From a virus (Duplodnaviria > Caudoviricetes), in the IMG/VR virus record IMGVR_UViG_3300021426_000066: DNA of 64,000 bases; one strand, written 5' to 3'. A program made the translations under genes and the position numbers. Under the pieces are notes generated by a model. It searched no databases. It was not told where the DNA came from and saw only the letters and a list, made by a program, of their open reading frames with translations. This document shows, in pieces, positions 17,672-27,455 of this stretch. How positions within the stretch are numbered: position 1 is the stretch's first letter; each line of letters starts with the position of its first letter.

Positions 17672-19928
17672 TACAAGAATTGAAATCATTTGTTCCGTTG
17701 AAAATATTCGTTTCTATAAAAATGGATGGGGGATTCTGGTTGTCTCTATTGATAAAACCATTAGTGGGAAACCTGCTGTGGATAGCAATAATGAATTGAT
17801 TATTAAAGGCAACATGCCAGAGGTACAAAGCAATACTCAATATCATGTAGTTGCAGATTTTACTCCAGACCCTAAGTGGGGAGATCAGTATACGATTGTT
17901 CAAATCTATTCTGAAATTGTGTTTGATAAAAACGATAAAGGCGCTCAAAAAAGATATCTGCAAGCATTATTTACTCCCAAGCAATTTGAAACTTTATATA
18001 AAACCTTGGATGATCCGTATCAAGTATTGGAAGATGCTGATGCTGCCGCTTTGGTTCAGTGCAAATACATTGGAATGCATACTGCGATGGAGATGATTAA
18101 TAAATTTCGTACCAATATGGCACTAGGACGTATTTTTACTGAACTGGCTGAATATGATCTTACTAACAACATGATTGAACGTCTGATGAACAAATACCAT
18201 TCTCCAGACATTATTATTGAAAAAGTGAGAGACAATCCTTATGTTCTGGCTGATGAAATTGATGGAGTGGGCTGGGTAAAAGCTGACACACTAGCGAGAA
18301 AAGGTGGAATATCAGAATTTGATCCAAGACGTATTGGAGCATACATTCGTAAGTATCTGAAAGATGTGGGTGAATCTGGGCAGTCATGGATTACTACAGA
18401 TGAACTGCTTGGGGCAATCTTAGATGCATTGGGTGAGGATGTTCCTGACCAGAATATTACTCAATCTATTCAGAACATGGCAGATGATCTCTGGTATAAC
18501 GAAGACAAAACCAAAATTGGTTTAAAATACTACTATACGATGGAGTATAAGGTTGCCGAGGAATTAATTAGACTCAGAGACGCTGAACCCAATATTACAG
18601 AAGCGGATTATAAAGATTGGCAAAAAAAATTGCATCAGATGGAAGAAGAACAGGGATGGGAATTTACTGAAGAACAGATCAATGGTATTTATCTTGCTCT
18701 TAAAGAAAATGTAGTACTAATCACAGGTATGGCTGGTACAGGAAAATCCTCTTTGGTAAATGGTATTCTTGCCGTTCTTAATTCTTATAATTATGTACAG
18801 TGTGCGCTGTCTGGTCGTGCTGCCTCCAGATTATCAGAAATAACTGGCAAAGCTGGTTTTACTATTCATAGACTGCTTGGTTATCCCTCTTTTGATCCAG
18901 ATGCTAAACAGAATTTTTATTATCACGACGAAAGACCCTTGCCGTATGAGGTGTTTATCCTTGATGAAATATCAATGGTTAATACGGTACTATTCTATGA
19001 TTTGATTAGGGCGATTCCAAGTGGAGCAAAGCTGATTTGTTTGGGTGATCATGGACAGTTAGAAGCCATTGGTTCTGGTAATATTGCTCACGATATGATT
19101 AATTCTCCAGAAATTCCCACAATTATCCTTTCAAAAATTCATCGGCAGGCTGAAGCATCTGGCATTATTTCTGAAGCATTTAAGGTGAGACATGGTCAGC
19201 AAATTGTAGAAAAGGACTATGCGGGGAAATTGATCAAAGGTGAATTACAAGATCTAACAATCAATGCCTACTCTGATGCCAGCAACACTTATTACAATAT
19301 TATGGCAGCTTATTCAACTGCTATGGCTGATCCCGATTTTGATATGATGAAAACACAGGTTCTCGTTCCTATTAAGTCCAGAGGTAGTGCTTGTACTTAT
19401 GAACTGAACAATGCCATTCAGGAACTTGTTAATCCTAAGAAGAAGGGTAAAAGAGAAATTACATTGTATATGAGTTCTGGTCATCCCTATGTGCTGAGAG
19501 AGGGAGATAAGATTATCAACACTTCCAATAACTATAAACTCGATCCTGTAGTCTATAACGGCAATATCGGTGTTATCAAGAGTATTGATGAGATTAATGA
19601 TGAAATAATTGCCGAATTTGTTGGGATAGGAGTAGTCACTATTCCTTCTAATTATTGGAGAGGATTGGAATTAGGATATTGCATCACTGTACATAAGGGA
19701 CAGGGCAGTCAGTGGCCTCATGTTATTTTTGGTCTGGACTATTCTGCATACTCTCTTTTGAGCAGAGAATTGCTTTATACGGCGATCACCAGAGCAGAAA
19801 AGAAATGTGAACTTGTGGTTCAGACATCTGCTTTACGTTATGCAACGGTAGTTGAAAGCGTCAGCAAAAAGCAGACCCATCTATATGAAATCTTACATGA
19901 ACTTGCACATCCAAAGTTAGTTTTTTAA
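17661..19928 (+). CDS. recD2: RecD2-like SF1B helicase
   Basis: GMAGTGKS, TIHRLL, DEISMV, GDHGQL, HRQ, TVHKGQGS, LLYTAITRA; N-terminal OB/HhH region. Confidence 0.92.
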   Translation: MAVNTRIEIICSVENIRFYKNGWGILVVSIDKTISGKPAVDSNNELIIKGNMPEVQSNTQYHVVADFTPDPKWGDQYTIVQIYSEIVFDKNDKGAQKRYLQALFTPKQFETLYKTLDDPYQVLEDADAAALVQCKYIGMHTAMEMINKFRTNMALGRIFTELAEYDLTNNMIERLMNKYHSPDIIIEKVRDNPYVLADEIDGVGWVKADTLARKGGISEFDPRRIGAYIRKYLKDVGESGQSWITTDELLGAILDALGEDVPDQNITQSIQNMADDLWYNEDKTKIGLKYYYTMEYKVAEELIRLRDAEPNITEADYKDWQKKLHQMEEEQGWEFTEEQINGIYLALKENVVLITGMAGTGKSSLVNGILAVLNSYNYVQCALSGRAASRLSEITGKAGFTIHRLLGYPSFDPDAKQNFYYHDERPLPYEVFILDEISMVNTVLFYDLIRAIPSGAKLICLGDHGQLEAIGSGNIAHDMINSPEIPTIILSKIHRQAEASGIISEAFKVRHGQQIVEKDYAGKLIKGELQDLTINAYSDASNTYYNIMAAYSTAMADPDFDMMKTQVLVPIKSRGSACTYELNNAIQELVNPKKKGKREITLYMSSGHPYVLREGDKIINTSNNYKLDPVVYNGNIGVIKSIDEINDEIIAEFVGIGVVTIPSNYWRGLELGYCITVHKGQGSQWPHVIFGLDYSAYSLLSRELLYTAITRAEKKCELVVQTSALRYATVVESVSKKQTHLYEILHELAHPKLVF

Positions 19929-19947
19929 CAGTAGACAAATTAAATTA

Positions 19948-19976
19948 TTGACAATGAGGATGTGATTTGATACAAT
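19948..19976 (+). promoter_or_regulatory. Sigma-A promoter
   Basis: TTGACA-17 bp-TACAAT in an intergenic gap. Confidence 0.75.
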
Positions 19977-20003
19977 ATGGTAGGCTAGAAAGGAGTGTAT
20001 GCT

Positions 20004-20207
20004 ATGCAAAGAATAGAGCGATCTGTTTCAGAAGAACAGTACAAAATGCTACAAGGGATGACACCAAAGCAGGTTAATGACTATATTGAAGACATTGCCT
20101 GTCATTCTGGATTCCATCCTGCGGGATATGGCTTTAGTAACCCTGGTTTTTTCAAGAGTGAAAATGACTATAAAGTTGTTTGGTATTGCTACGATAGCTG
20201 TGACTAA
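20004..20207 (+). CDS. Hypothetical protein
   Basis: AGGAG RBS downstream of the promoter. Confidence 0.55.
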   Translation: MQRIERSVSEEQYKMLQGMTPKQVNDYIEDIACHSGFHPAGYGFSNPGFFKSENDYKVVWYCYDSCD

Positions 20208-20242
20208 ATATAATAGACAAATTAAAATACGGAGGACGAACA

Positions 20243-20551
20243 ATGCTTGAATACGATGCTGATTTTTCTGTGAATTTACATTTTGAGATCGATGAGGAAC
20301 AGGCATTCAAACAGGGTGGCATTAGTTTAGCAGATGTTAAAAAGAATATTGAAGAATTACCTGAATGGATCATGGGTGCGTTAAATGAATTTATTGAGTT
20401 CGGTGAAAACGATAGCGTTACAGTAATGCCATATGATTATGAGGTGGTTTTGAATGGGAAAGTAATCGATCTGGATGATATTGAAGACGAAGAAAACAAT
20501 GAAGAAGACGAAGACCTTGATAACTCTGAAACAGTGGAGACGCATAAATGA
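20243..20551 (+). CDS. Highly acidic hypothetical protein
   Basis: GGAGG RBS; D/E-rich throughout. Confidence 0.6.
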   Translation: MLEYDADFSVNLHFEIDEEQAFKQGGISLADVKKNIEELPEWIMGALNEFIEFGENDSVTVMPYDYEVVLNGKVIDLDDIEDEENNEEDEDLDNSETVETHK

Positions 20552-21216
20552 TTAAAGTAGAAAATATAGATGTATGGGGATTTGAACATGCAATCAGAGG
20601 CGCACGAAATCCTATGAACAGTTGGGATAAGAGTGATAGTAGACATGCAAATAAATTAGATGCTCAGACTATACAAGATATGAGAGAAGGCATGTTTATT
20701 CTTGGCGAAAACGATTTGAATCTAATGAAAAAATTATATAAAGCAGGAACAGAACATAGGAAATATCTCCGTCAGATTTTCGTCAGCATGGATATCACAG
20801 CACCTCTATACTGGTGGAAAGAAGCGGACACGTACAAGGTCGGTACAGTTGCTAATTCCTGTTCTACGATGCACAAGATTGCCGCTAAAGAATTTGAATT
20901 AGATGATTTCAGCCATGAGCATTTATTTGGAGAAGTTGATAAAAGATATGCAAATCAGCCGATAGGTGCATTGCAAATAATTATTGAGTGTTTGAATCAC
21001 TGGCGAAAAAATTATTTGGAAACTAAGGATAAGAATGACTGGTGGCAGATGATTCAGCTACTTCCATCTTCTTATAATCAGAGAAGAACTATTACCATGA
21101 ACTATGAAAATGTGGTAAGCATGATTAAGCAGAGAACTAATCACCGATTAGATGAATGGAATGACTTTGTGGAAATCTTGAAAGGACTTCCGTATATTAA
21201 AGAAATTATGGAGTAA
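20548..21216 (+). CDS. ThyX-like flavin-dependent thymidylate synthase (divergent phage type)
   Basis: AIRGARNP, HRKYLRQI, APLYWWKE.DTY, STMH, QLLPSSYNQ, R.NHRL.EW. Confidence 0.65.
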   Translation: MIKVENIDVWGFEHAIRGARNPMNSWDKSDSRHANKLDAQTIQDMREGMFILGENDLNLMKKLYKAGTEHRKYLRQIFVSMDITAPLYWWKEADTYKVGTVANSCSTMHKIAAKEFELDDFSHEHLFGEVDKRYANQPIGALQIIIECLNHWRKNYLETKDKNDWWQMIQLLPSSYNQRRTITMNYENVVSMIKQRTNHRLDEWNDFVEILKGLPYIKEIME

Positions 21217-21234
21217 AATGGGAGACGAAGAAAA

Positions 21235-21345
21235 ATGAATTGGTTATTACTATTTGCTTTCGGAGTGGGGATGTTCTCATTAGGAGCAATGGTTGGCATT
21301 GTTCTTTATGAAGATGATGATAATTGGAGGCCAAGAGGATGGTAG
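21235..21345 (+). CDS. 36-aa single-pass membrane peptide (not in track)
   Basis: MNWLLLFAFGVGMFSLGAMVGIVLYEDDDNWRPRGW*; GGAG upstream. Confidence 0.5.
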   Translation: MNWLLLFAFGVGMFSLGAMVGIVLYEDDDNWRPRGW

Positions 21346-21647
21346 ATAAGCTAAAATATCATGAAGAGTTATGTAGTATGCTTCATGAAATCTATGCAAA
21401 GAAAAATCATGATTATGGAGATTCATTTGGAAAATCCTTTAAAGAGTGGGGAATGACCGCAGCCATGGTACGAATGTCTGATAAATGGAATCGGCTTAAG
21501 ACATTAGCCATGTTGCCAGATGACGAGAAGAAAGTGATGGATGAAAACATTACAGATACAATGTTTGATTTGGCTAATTATCTTTTAATGACTTGTATGG
21601 AGTTAAAGATTCGCCGTGAGGGACTGACACAAGATGAAGATATTTAA
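21339..21647 (+). CDS. DUF1599 / nucleotide-modification-associated domain 1 protein
   Basis: KKNHDYGDSF, RMSDKWNRL, DTMFDLANY. Confidence 0.8.
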   Translation: MVDKLKYHEELCSMLHEIYAKKNHDYGDSFGKSFKEWGMTAAMVRMSDKWNRLKTLAMLPDDEKKVMDENITDTMFDLANYLLMTCMELKIRREGLTQDEDI

Positions 21648-22038
21648 AGTTTATCTCGCTGGTGCATGTAAGTACGAACCAGATGAAGGAGAAGGTTGGA
21701 GAAATACTGTTACGGAAGAATGGAGTGATTTAGGTATCTCTTTCATTAATCCACTTCATTATTTCAGATACTCTGAAAGTTGGCATCAGAGCCATAAACA
21801 GGTTAAACAGTTCTATTTCTCAAAGATTAAAACTTGTGATGTTGTCTTAGTTAATCTGAATAATAGTGATTCTTCCTGTGGTACTTGCCAAGAAGTACAA
21901 TATGCTATTGATCAGGGAATTCCAGTTATTGGATTTGGACATGAAAACGTATACAACTGGCTAGAAGTAGACTGTCAATGCATCTTTGATAAAGCGGAAG
22001 ATGCTATGGAATATATCTATAATTATTATGTTGTTTAA
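21634..22038 (+). CDS. Nucleoside 2-deoxyribosyltransferase-like protein
   Basis: VYLAG, FINP, CDVVLV, S.GT..EVQYA. Confidence 0.75.
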   Translation: MKIFKVYLAGACKYEPDEGEGWRNTVTEEWSDLGISFINPLHYFRYSESWHQSHKQVKQFYFSKIKTCDVVLVNLNNSDSSCGTCQEVQYAIDQGIPVIGFGHENVYNWLEVDCQCIFDKAEDAMEYIYNYYVV

Positions 22039-22047
22039 GGAGACGAT

Positions 22048-24048
22048 ATGCCAGACATTAAAACCTATTCTGCGAAATCTATCAAACTAATGATAGACAA
22101 ATTAAATGAATACCGTGATGCATATTACAATCGTGCAGCCCCCATCGTATCCGATGCTGAATATGACAGATTGTATGATGAACTTGAACAGGCTGAGAAA
22201 ACTACAGGAATTGTAATGAGTAACTCTCCCACACAGACTGTTGGATATCCTGTCAAGAGCGAACTGTTAAAGGTTAAGCACTCGCATCCTATGCTGAGTC
22301 TAGCTAAAACAAAGAATCTGGTAGAATTTGCGGGGTATTGTGGTAATAAACCAGATATGGTTAGTCTCAAACTTGACGGATTAACTTGCTTGCTAACTTA
22401 TGAAAACGGCAGATTAGTCCAAGCCGAGACGAGAGGTAATGGTGAAATTGGTGAATTAATCACGGATAATGCACAAGCTTTTCTGAATGTTCCACTTACC
22501 ATCCCTCATAAATCTCATATTGAAATTGAGGGTGAGGCTATTATTACTAACAACGACTTCAAAAAGATTAATTCACTTCTTCCCATCAGCCAGCAGTTTT
22601 CAAATCCTCGTAATCTGGCAAGTGGTTCTGTAAGACAGCTTGATAGCAGAATTACAGCGGATCGTAAAGTACGGTTTATTGCATGGAAAGTACCTTATCT
22701 AACTGAAATTGCTGATGATAAAAACATCAATAATTTCGGAGAAAGATTGGAATATGTTCTGTCGTTAGGTTTTGATATTGTACCGTTTTTCTATGTATCT
22801 AAATCAGAGCCTTTTGAGTATTATATCAACAGGCTTAAGGACTCAGCCAAAATTTATAATTATCCTTATGATGGTTTTGTCCATACTTATCTAGATATTA
22901 AGTATGGCGAATCTCTGGGAAATACAGGGCATCATCCTAGACATAGTTTTGTACTCAAAGAACAGGATGAAGAGTATGAGACGGTTTTGAGAGAGATTGA
23001 ATGGGGGATGGGGAAGAGTGGACAACTGACCCCAGTGGCCGTATTCGATCCAGTTGATTTAGATGGTGCGGTAACCAATAAGGCATCTGTCCACAACGTT
23101 AGTATTCTTACCAAACTTGAATTGAATCCTGGGGATAGAATTACGGTATATCGAGCGAACATGGTGATTCCGCAGGTAAAACGTAATATCAGTGCTGAAG
23201 AAAGAACTGAACATTTGTACATTAGAGTGCCGAGTGTTTGCCCAGTCTGTGGAGGTAATACAGAAATTAAACGAGATAATAATTCTAACGTTCTTATTTG
23301 CACTAATCCAGATTGTAAGGGTAAATTGCTTGGCAAACTGAAGCATTTTTGTTCTAAGGACGCTATGGATATTCAGGGATTATCAGAGCAGACATTACAG
23401 AAATTCATTGATTTTGGATGGTTGAATTCTATTTCTGATATCTACAAGCTGAAAGATTACAAAGCACAGATGACATCTCTTGACGGCTTTGGTGCTAAGT
23501 CTGTAAACAATCTACTTAAAGCGATTGAAGATAGCAAGAATACAACTCTTGATAGATTTATCAATTCTTTATCTATTCCCAACATTGGGAAAGAAGCTGC
23601 CAAGACTATTGCAAAAGCTTTTGACTACAGTTTCCTTAAGTTTGGTATTTCTTGTAATAGTTATTATAACTGGCAGAGCCTGCCTGATTTTGGAGAAACA
23701 ATGGAGAAAAGCATTAAGCGATTTTGGAAAGACAACAAGGATTGGGTAACAAGTCTTGGATGCAAGATGGACTTTAGTAATCCCCATGAGAACAAAACTA
23801 CTAAGATTAATGATGCTGTTGCTGGCAAGACATTCGTAATTACTGGTAAGCTGAACCACTTTAAAAATCGTGATGAATTGGTCAAAAAGATTGAAGAATA
23901 TGGTGGCAAGGTTGCAGGATCAGTTAGTAAGAATACAGATTATCTTATTAATAATGATATTACTTCTATGAGTGGTAAAAACAAAAAAGCCAAAGAATTG
24001 GGAGTAAAGATCATTACCGAAGCTCAATTTCTGAGCGAGGGAGCATAA
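22048..24048 (+). CDS. ligA: NAD-dependent DNA ligase
   Basis: KLDG adenylation motif, TRGNGEIGE, NPRNLASGS, CPVC zinc finger, HhH, C-terminal BRCT. Confidence 0.95.
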   Translation: MPDIKTYSAKSIKLMIDKLNEYRDAYYNRAAPIVSDAEYDRLYDELEQAEKTTGIVMSNSPTQTVGYPVKSELLKVKHSHPMLSLAKTKNLVEFAGYCGNKPDMVSLKLDGLTCLLTYENGRLVQAETRGNGEIGELITDNAQAFLNVPLTIPHKSHIEIEGEAIITNNDFKKINSLLPISQQFSNPRNLASGSVRQLDSRITADRKVRFIAWKVPYLTEIADDKNINNFGERLEYVLSLGFDIVPFFYVSKSEPFEYYINRLKDSAKIYNYPYDGFVHTYLDIKYGESLGNTGHHPRHSFVLKEQDEEYETVLREIEWGMGKSGQLTPVAVFDPVDLDGAVTNKASVHNVSILTKLELNPGDRITVYRANMVIPQVKRNISAEERTEHLYIRVPSVCPVCGGNTEIKRDNNSNVLICTNPDCKGKLLGKLKHFCSKDAMDIQGLSEQTLQKFIDFGWLNSISDIYKLKDYKAQMTSLDGFGAKSVNNLLKAIEDSKNTTLDRFINSLSIPNIGKEAAKTIAKAFDYSFLKFGISCNSYYNWQSLPDFGETMEKSIKRFWKDNKDWVTSLGCKMDFSNPHENKTTKINDAVAGKTFVITGKLNHFKNRDELVKKIEEYGGKVAGSVSKNTDYLINNDITSMSGKNKKAKELGVKIITEAQFLSEGA

Positions 24049-24057
24049 GGAGGAAAT

Positions 24058-24288
24058 ATGGAAAAAACAAAGAACAAATATCAGTGGGTTCCTACAAGGG
24101 TCCATACGAGAAAGATCGACCGTATGGTTGCTCATAATGTGATGGAAGAAAATGATTATAAGAAAGTCAATAAGCATGATTACAATACATATCGTACTGC
24201 AAGTGGTATGACCATTCAGGAAAGAATTGGAAGTTTCTTCTCGACTCACTGGAGATCTGCTGCTAACGATTATCAGGAGAAGAATTAA
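24058..24288 (+). CDS. Hypothetical protein
   Basis: AAGGAGG RBS. Confidence 0.6.
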   Translation: MEKTKNKYQWVPTRVHTRKIDRMVAHNVMEENDYKKVNKHDYNTYRTASGMTIQERIGSFFSTHWRSAANDYQEKN

Positions 24289-24308
24289 TTACTGAAAGGG
24301 GATTTTAG

Positions 24309-24509
24309 ATGAAAGTAATTTTTTACAGCACTCATTGCCCAAAGTGTCATGTTCTTGAAGCAAAACTTAAAGAAAAGAATGTTGAATACGAAGAGAACAA
24401 TAATGTAGATGACATGATTAAAACAGGATATCGTACTGCTCCGTTACTTGAAGTTGACGGAGAAGTGATGGATTTTACGTCTGCTATCAAATGGGTAAAT
24501 GAGAGGTAA
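24309..24509 (+). CDS. NrdH/glutaredoxin-like redoxin
   Basis: YSTHCPKC, TAP motif; directly upstream of nrdD. Confidence 0.8.
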   Translation: MKVIFYSTHCPKCHVLEAKLKEKNVEYEENNNVDDMIKTGYRTAPLLEVDGEVMDFTSAIKWVNER

Positions 24510-24514
24510 TTGAA

Positions 24515-26440
24515 ATGGACATTGAACTGAAACTTACTAAAGACTTTGAAAGGTGTTTGGAAGATTTAAAGAAAAAATATGGTGAAGATTTTGAATATAT
24601 TAATGGTCTTCATCCTAGCCAGTTAGATTTTTCAGAGTTTATAGATAATTTTGTGGATAAGGGTACTCTTGCTGATAAGAGCATTGACCCGAATGCTAAC
24701 GCTAGAAACAAAGATATCCGCAGTTTTATGACAGAGAAGGGGAAAAGTGAGGATAAACTTTTTGGGTTAAATAAAATCTTTTCGACAATCAAAAAGCAAT
24801 GGGGGCTGCGTACTGCTAAACAGTGGCTGGAGCAGGAATTTAGCAGAGGATTCTATTTGAATGATAGTACTACCGCAAGTTATTTTCCTTATTGCTGGGC
24901 AAACGATTTTACTCGACTTGCTACAGAGGGACTGTTCTTTTTAAATAGCTATAATAATCAACCTCCAAAGCATTTAACCACGTACATTGATGATGTTATT
25001 GAATTCGTTTCATTCCTTTCTAATAGACAGTCTGGAGCTGTTGGTATGCCTAATGTCCTTATTTGGGGATGGTGGTTCTGGAAAAAAGATGTTGAATCTG
25101 GTGATTATATCAGAGATCCCAAGTACTACTGGAGACAACAGTGTCAGAAATTAATTTTTAGACTTAATCAGCCGTTTTTGAGAATTGATCAGAGTGCTTT
25201 TACAAATGTTTCGATCTTTGACAGGCCATATCTTGAATCATTGTTTGGTGGAATTGTTTTCCCTGATGGAACAATGGCTATTGATCATATTGAAGATCTG
25301 ATTGAAGCACAGAAAGAATTTATGCGTGTAGTCGATGAGACTAGAAGTATACAGATGTTTACTTATCCTGTGTTGACTTATAGCTTACTCTTCCAGGATG
25401 GTAAATTTGTAGATGAAGATTTCGCTAGATGGTGCAGTAACCATAATATCAAGTGGTCCGATTCTAACTTTTTTGTTAGTGACAACGTAGGTGTTCTCAG
25501 TAATTGTTGTAGACTGTTAAGTGATACATCAAAGCTTGATGCCTTTATTAATAGTATCGGTGGTACGGCTTTATCCGTTGGTTCTTGTCGTGTAAGTACA
25601 ATTAATCTGGTTAGAATTGCTTATGAGAGCGAGTTAGATAAAAAGAAATATCTTCGCATTCTGAAACAGAGAGTGCTTCTTGATTGCAAAGCCCTTTATT
25701 CTATGAGACATATTCTCAAGAGGAACATTGAAAAAGGGTTACTTCCAAACTATCAGGATGGCGCAGTTGAACTTGATAAGCAGTTCTGTACCATTGGCGG
25801 CATTGGAATGTATGAAGTAATGGATATGTTTGGACTAATTGATACGGATGAATTTGGATGTAAATCATATTCTAATGAAGCTGTTGATTTTGCAACCAAG
25901 ATTCTGGACGTGATGAATGAAGTAAAAGATAGTTTTGAGTGTGATTTTACTTTTAACATTGAAATGATCCCCGCAGAAAATTGTGCTGGTGTTATTTGTC
26001 AAGCTGATAATCTCCTTTATGAGCAGAATAAATATTTCATTTATTCTAATCAGTGGATTCCTCTTATGGAAAAATGCACAATTCAGGAAAAATGTAGGCT
26101 TGGATCACTGTTTGATGCGAAATGCGGTGGTGGATGCATTGCTCATATTGACATTGAAAACAGGTTCCCTAATGAAGAAACCGCGTGGGATATGCTGAAT
26201 TACGTTGCTTCTCATGGGGTAATCTACTTTGCATTCACAACCAAGATCTCTGTTTGCGAGGATGGGCATGCATTTATTAGTGAGAAGATCTGTCCTGTTT
26301 GTGATAAACCAATTGCTGATACATATAGCCGTGTAGTTGGATTTTACACTCCTGTATCTGGCTATCAAAAAATTCGCAGAAAAGAGTTCGACAAGCGTAA
26401 GTGGATGGATGTTTTAACCAAGGACGGGATCATGCAATGA
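24515..26440 (+). CDS. nrdD: Anaerobic (class III) ribonucleotide reductase
   Basis: SNCCRL, IPAE, CPVC, glycyl-radical loop SRVVGF; no recognisable ATP cone. Confidence 0.93.
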   Translation: MDIELKLTKDFERCLEDLKKKYGEDFEYINGLHPSQLDFSEFIDNFVDKGTLADKSIDPNANARNKDIRSFMTEKGKSEDKLFGLNKIFSTIKKQWGLRTAKQWLEQEFSRGFYLNDSTTASYFPYCWANDFTRLATEGLFFLNSYNNQPPKHLTTYIDDVIEFVSFLSNRQSGAVGMPNVLIWGWWFWKKDVESGDYIRDPKYYWRQQCQKLIFRLNQPFLRIDQSAFTNVSIFDRPYLESLFGGIVFPDGTMAIDHIEDLIEAQKEFMRVVDETRSIQMFTYPVLTYSLLFQDGKFVDEDFARWCSNHNIKWSDSNFFVSDNVGVLSNCCRLLSDTSKLDAFINSIGGTALSVGSCRVSTINLVRIAYESELDKKKYLRILKQRVLLDCKALYSMRHILKRNIEKGLLPNYQDGAVELDKQFCTIGGIGMYEVMDMFGLIDTDEFGCKSYSNEAVDFATKILDVMNEVKDSFECDFTFNIEMIPAENCAGVICQADNLLYEQNKYFIYSNQWIPLMEKCTIQEKCRLGSLFDAKCGGGCIAHIDIENRFPNEETAWDMLNYVASHGVIYFAFTTKISVCEDGHAFISEKICPVCDKPIADTYSRVVGFYTPVSGYQKIRRKEFDKRKWMDVLTKDGIMQ

Positions 26441-26922
26441 TGATTACTCTTAAAGGTATTATTGATGAGGACTTTGTAAATTATAAAGTCCCGTCAATGA
26501 CTCTGATGTTTCCGTACTGTGACTTTAAATGTGATAAAGAATATGGGCAATCTGTATGTCAGAATTCTCAACTGTTTTCTGGACCAGAGATAAAAATAGA
26601 TACGGTAACACTTTGTCAGAGATATATAGATAATCCTATAACTCATGCAGTGGTTATCCAGGGGTTGGAACCATTTGACAGTTTTCCAGAGTTACATGTA
26701 TTTATTATGACATTACGACATGTGTTTTGTTGTGATGATCCTATTGTAATTTATACGGGATATAACAAAAGTGAAATTATTTTTAAGGTGTCTGAATTAC
26801 AAAAAGATAAGAACATCATTATTAAATATGGTCGTTATATTCCTGAACAGAAGCCTCATTATGATGAAGTGTTAGGCGTGAAACTAGCATCAGACAATCA
26901 GTATGCTGAAAGGATTAGTTAG
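26437..26922 (+). CDS. nrdG: NrdG activase (radical SAM)
   Basis: CDFKC...CQN, GLEPF, IYTGY, LASDNQ. Confidence 0.88.
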   Translation: MMITLKGIIDEDFVNYKVPSMTLMFPYCDFKCDKEYGQSVCQNSQLFSGPEIKIDTVTLCQRYIDNPITHAVVIQGLEPFDSFPELHVFIMTLRHVFCCDDPIVIYTGYNKSEIIFKVSELQKDKNIIIKYGRYIPEQKPHYDEVLGVKLASDNQYAERIS

Positions 26923-26927
26923 TAAAA

Positions 26928-26951
26928 GAGCAGTAGTGAGCGCTACTGCTC
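26928..26951. terminator. Hairpin terminator between nrdG and the antisense toxin-like gene
   Basis: GAGCAGTAGT-GAGC-GCTACTGCTC preceded by AAAA (U-tract on the - strand). Confidence 0.65.
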
Positions 26952-26985
26952 CGAATAGGAAAAAAAGGAGAAAATGGCTACGATA

Positions 26986-27063
26986 TTAACGAGGTAAACG
27001 CCAAGCTAATATCATAATAATGGTCTGGAAAACCATTATAGCTAATGTTGCTTCTGCATACAT
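26986..27063 (-). CDS. 25-aa hydrophobic type I toxin-like peptide (not in track)
   Basis: MYAEATLAIMVFQTIIMILAWRLPR*; RBS GGAAGGTGA; own promoter and structured leader. Confidence 0.65.
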   Translation of the reverse strand: MYAEATLAIMVFQTIIMILAWRLPR

Positions 27064-27137
27064 AAGCTGTCACCTTCCCTTCTGAGGTTCCTGCCTCAGT
27101 TATGGCGAACCGAGGCGGGAATTCCACCTCAGAAGAT

Positions 27138-27166
27138 ACAGTAACACAATTTAATAATGTTGTAAA
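27138..27166 (-). promoter_or_regulatory. Sigma-A promoter for the toxin-like gene
   Basis: On the - strand TTTACA-17 bp-TACTGT with extended TG. Confidence 0.5.
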
Positions 27167-27179
27167 TAAGGATAATTAT

Positions 27180-27455
27180 ATGGAAGAAAGTAAAGAAAAC
27201 GTCATTGAATTCTTAACTGGCGAATCTCACGCTATCGTGACATTCAACCAGAGGAAATACGTTAATAAAATGAAACGTCTGGCGGCTAAATTTCCTAAAG
27301 AGTGTGAATGGATCGTTGAAAACAAAGATGGAAGCGTATGTGCAAAGATACCACTCACATGGATTAAGATATCTCATCCACGACAGGTATCTGAAGCACA
27401 GCGTGAAGCTGCCAGAGACAGACTGCTAAATAGTCGTAAAAACGAAAAGAGGTAA
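27180..27455 (+). CDS. Phage hypothetical protein
   Basis: ENVIEF...NKDGS...P..WIKI..PR; start moved to ATG 27180 after AAGGA. Confidence 0.6.
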   Translation: MEESKENVIEFLTGESHAIVTFNQRKYVNKMKRLAAKFPKECEWIVENKDGSVCAKIPLTWIKISHPRQVSEAQREAARDRLLNSRKNEKR

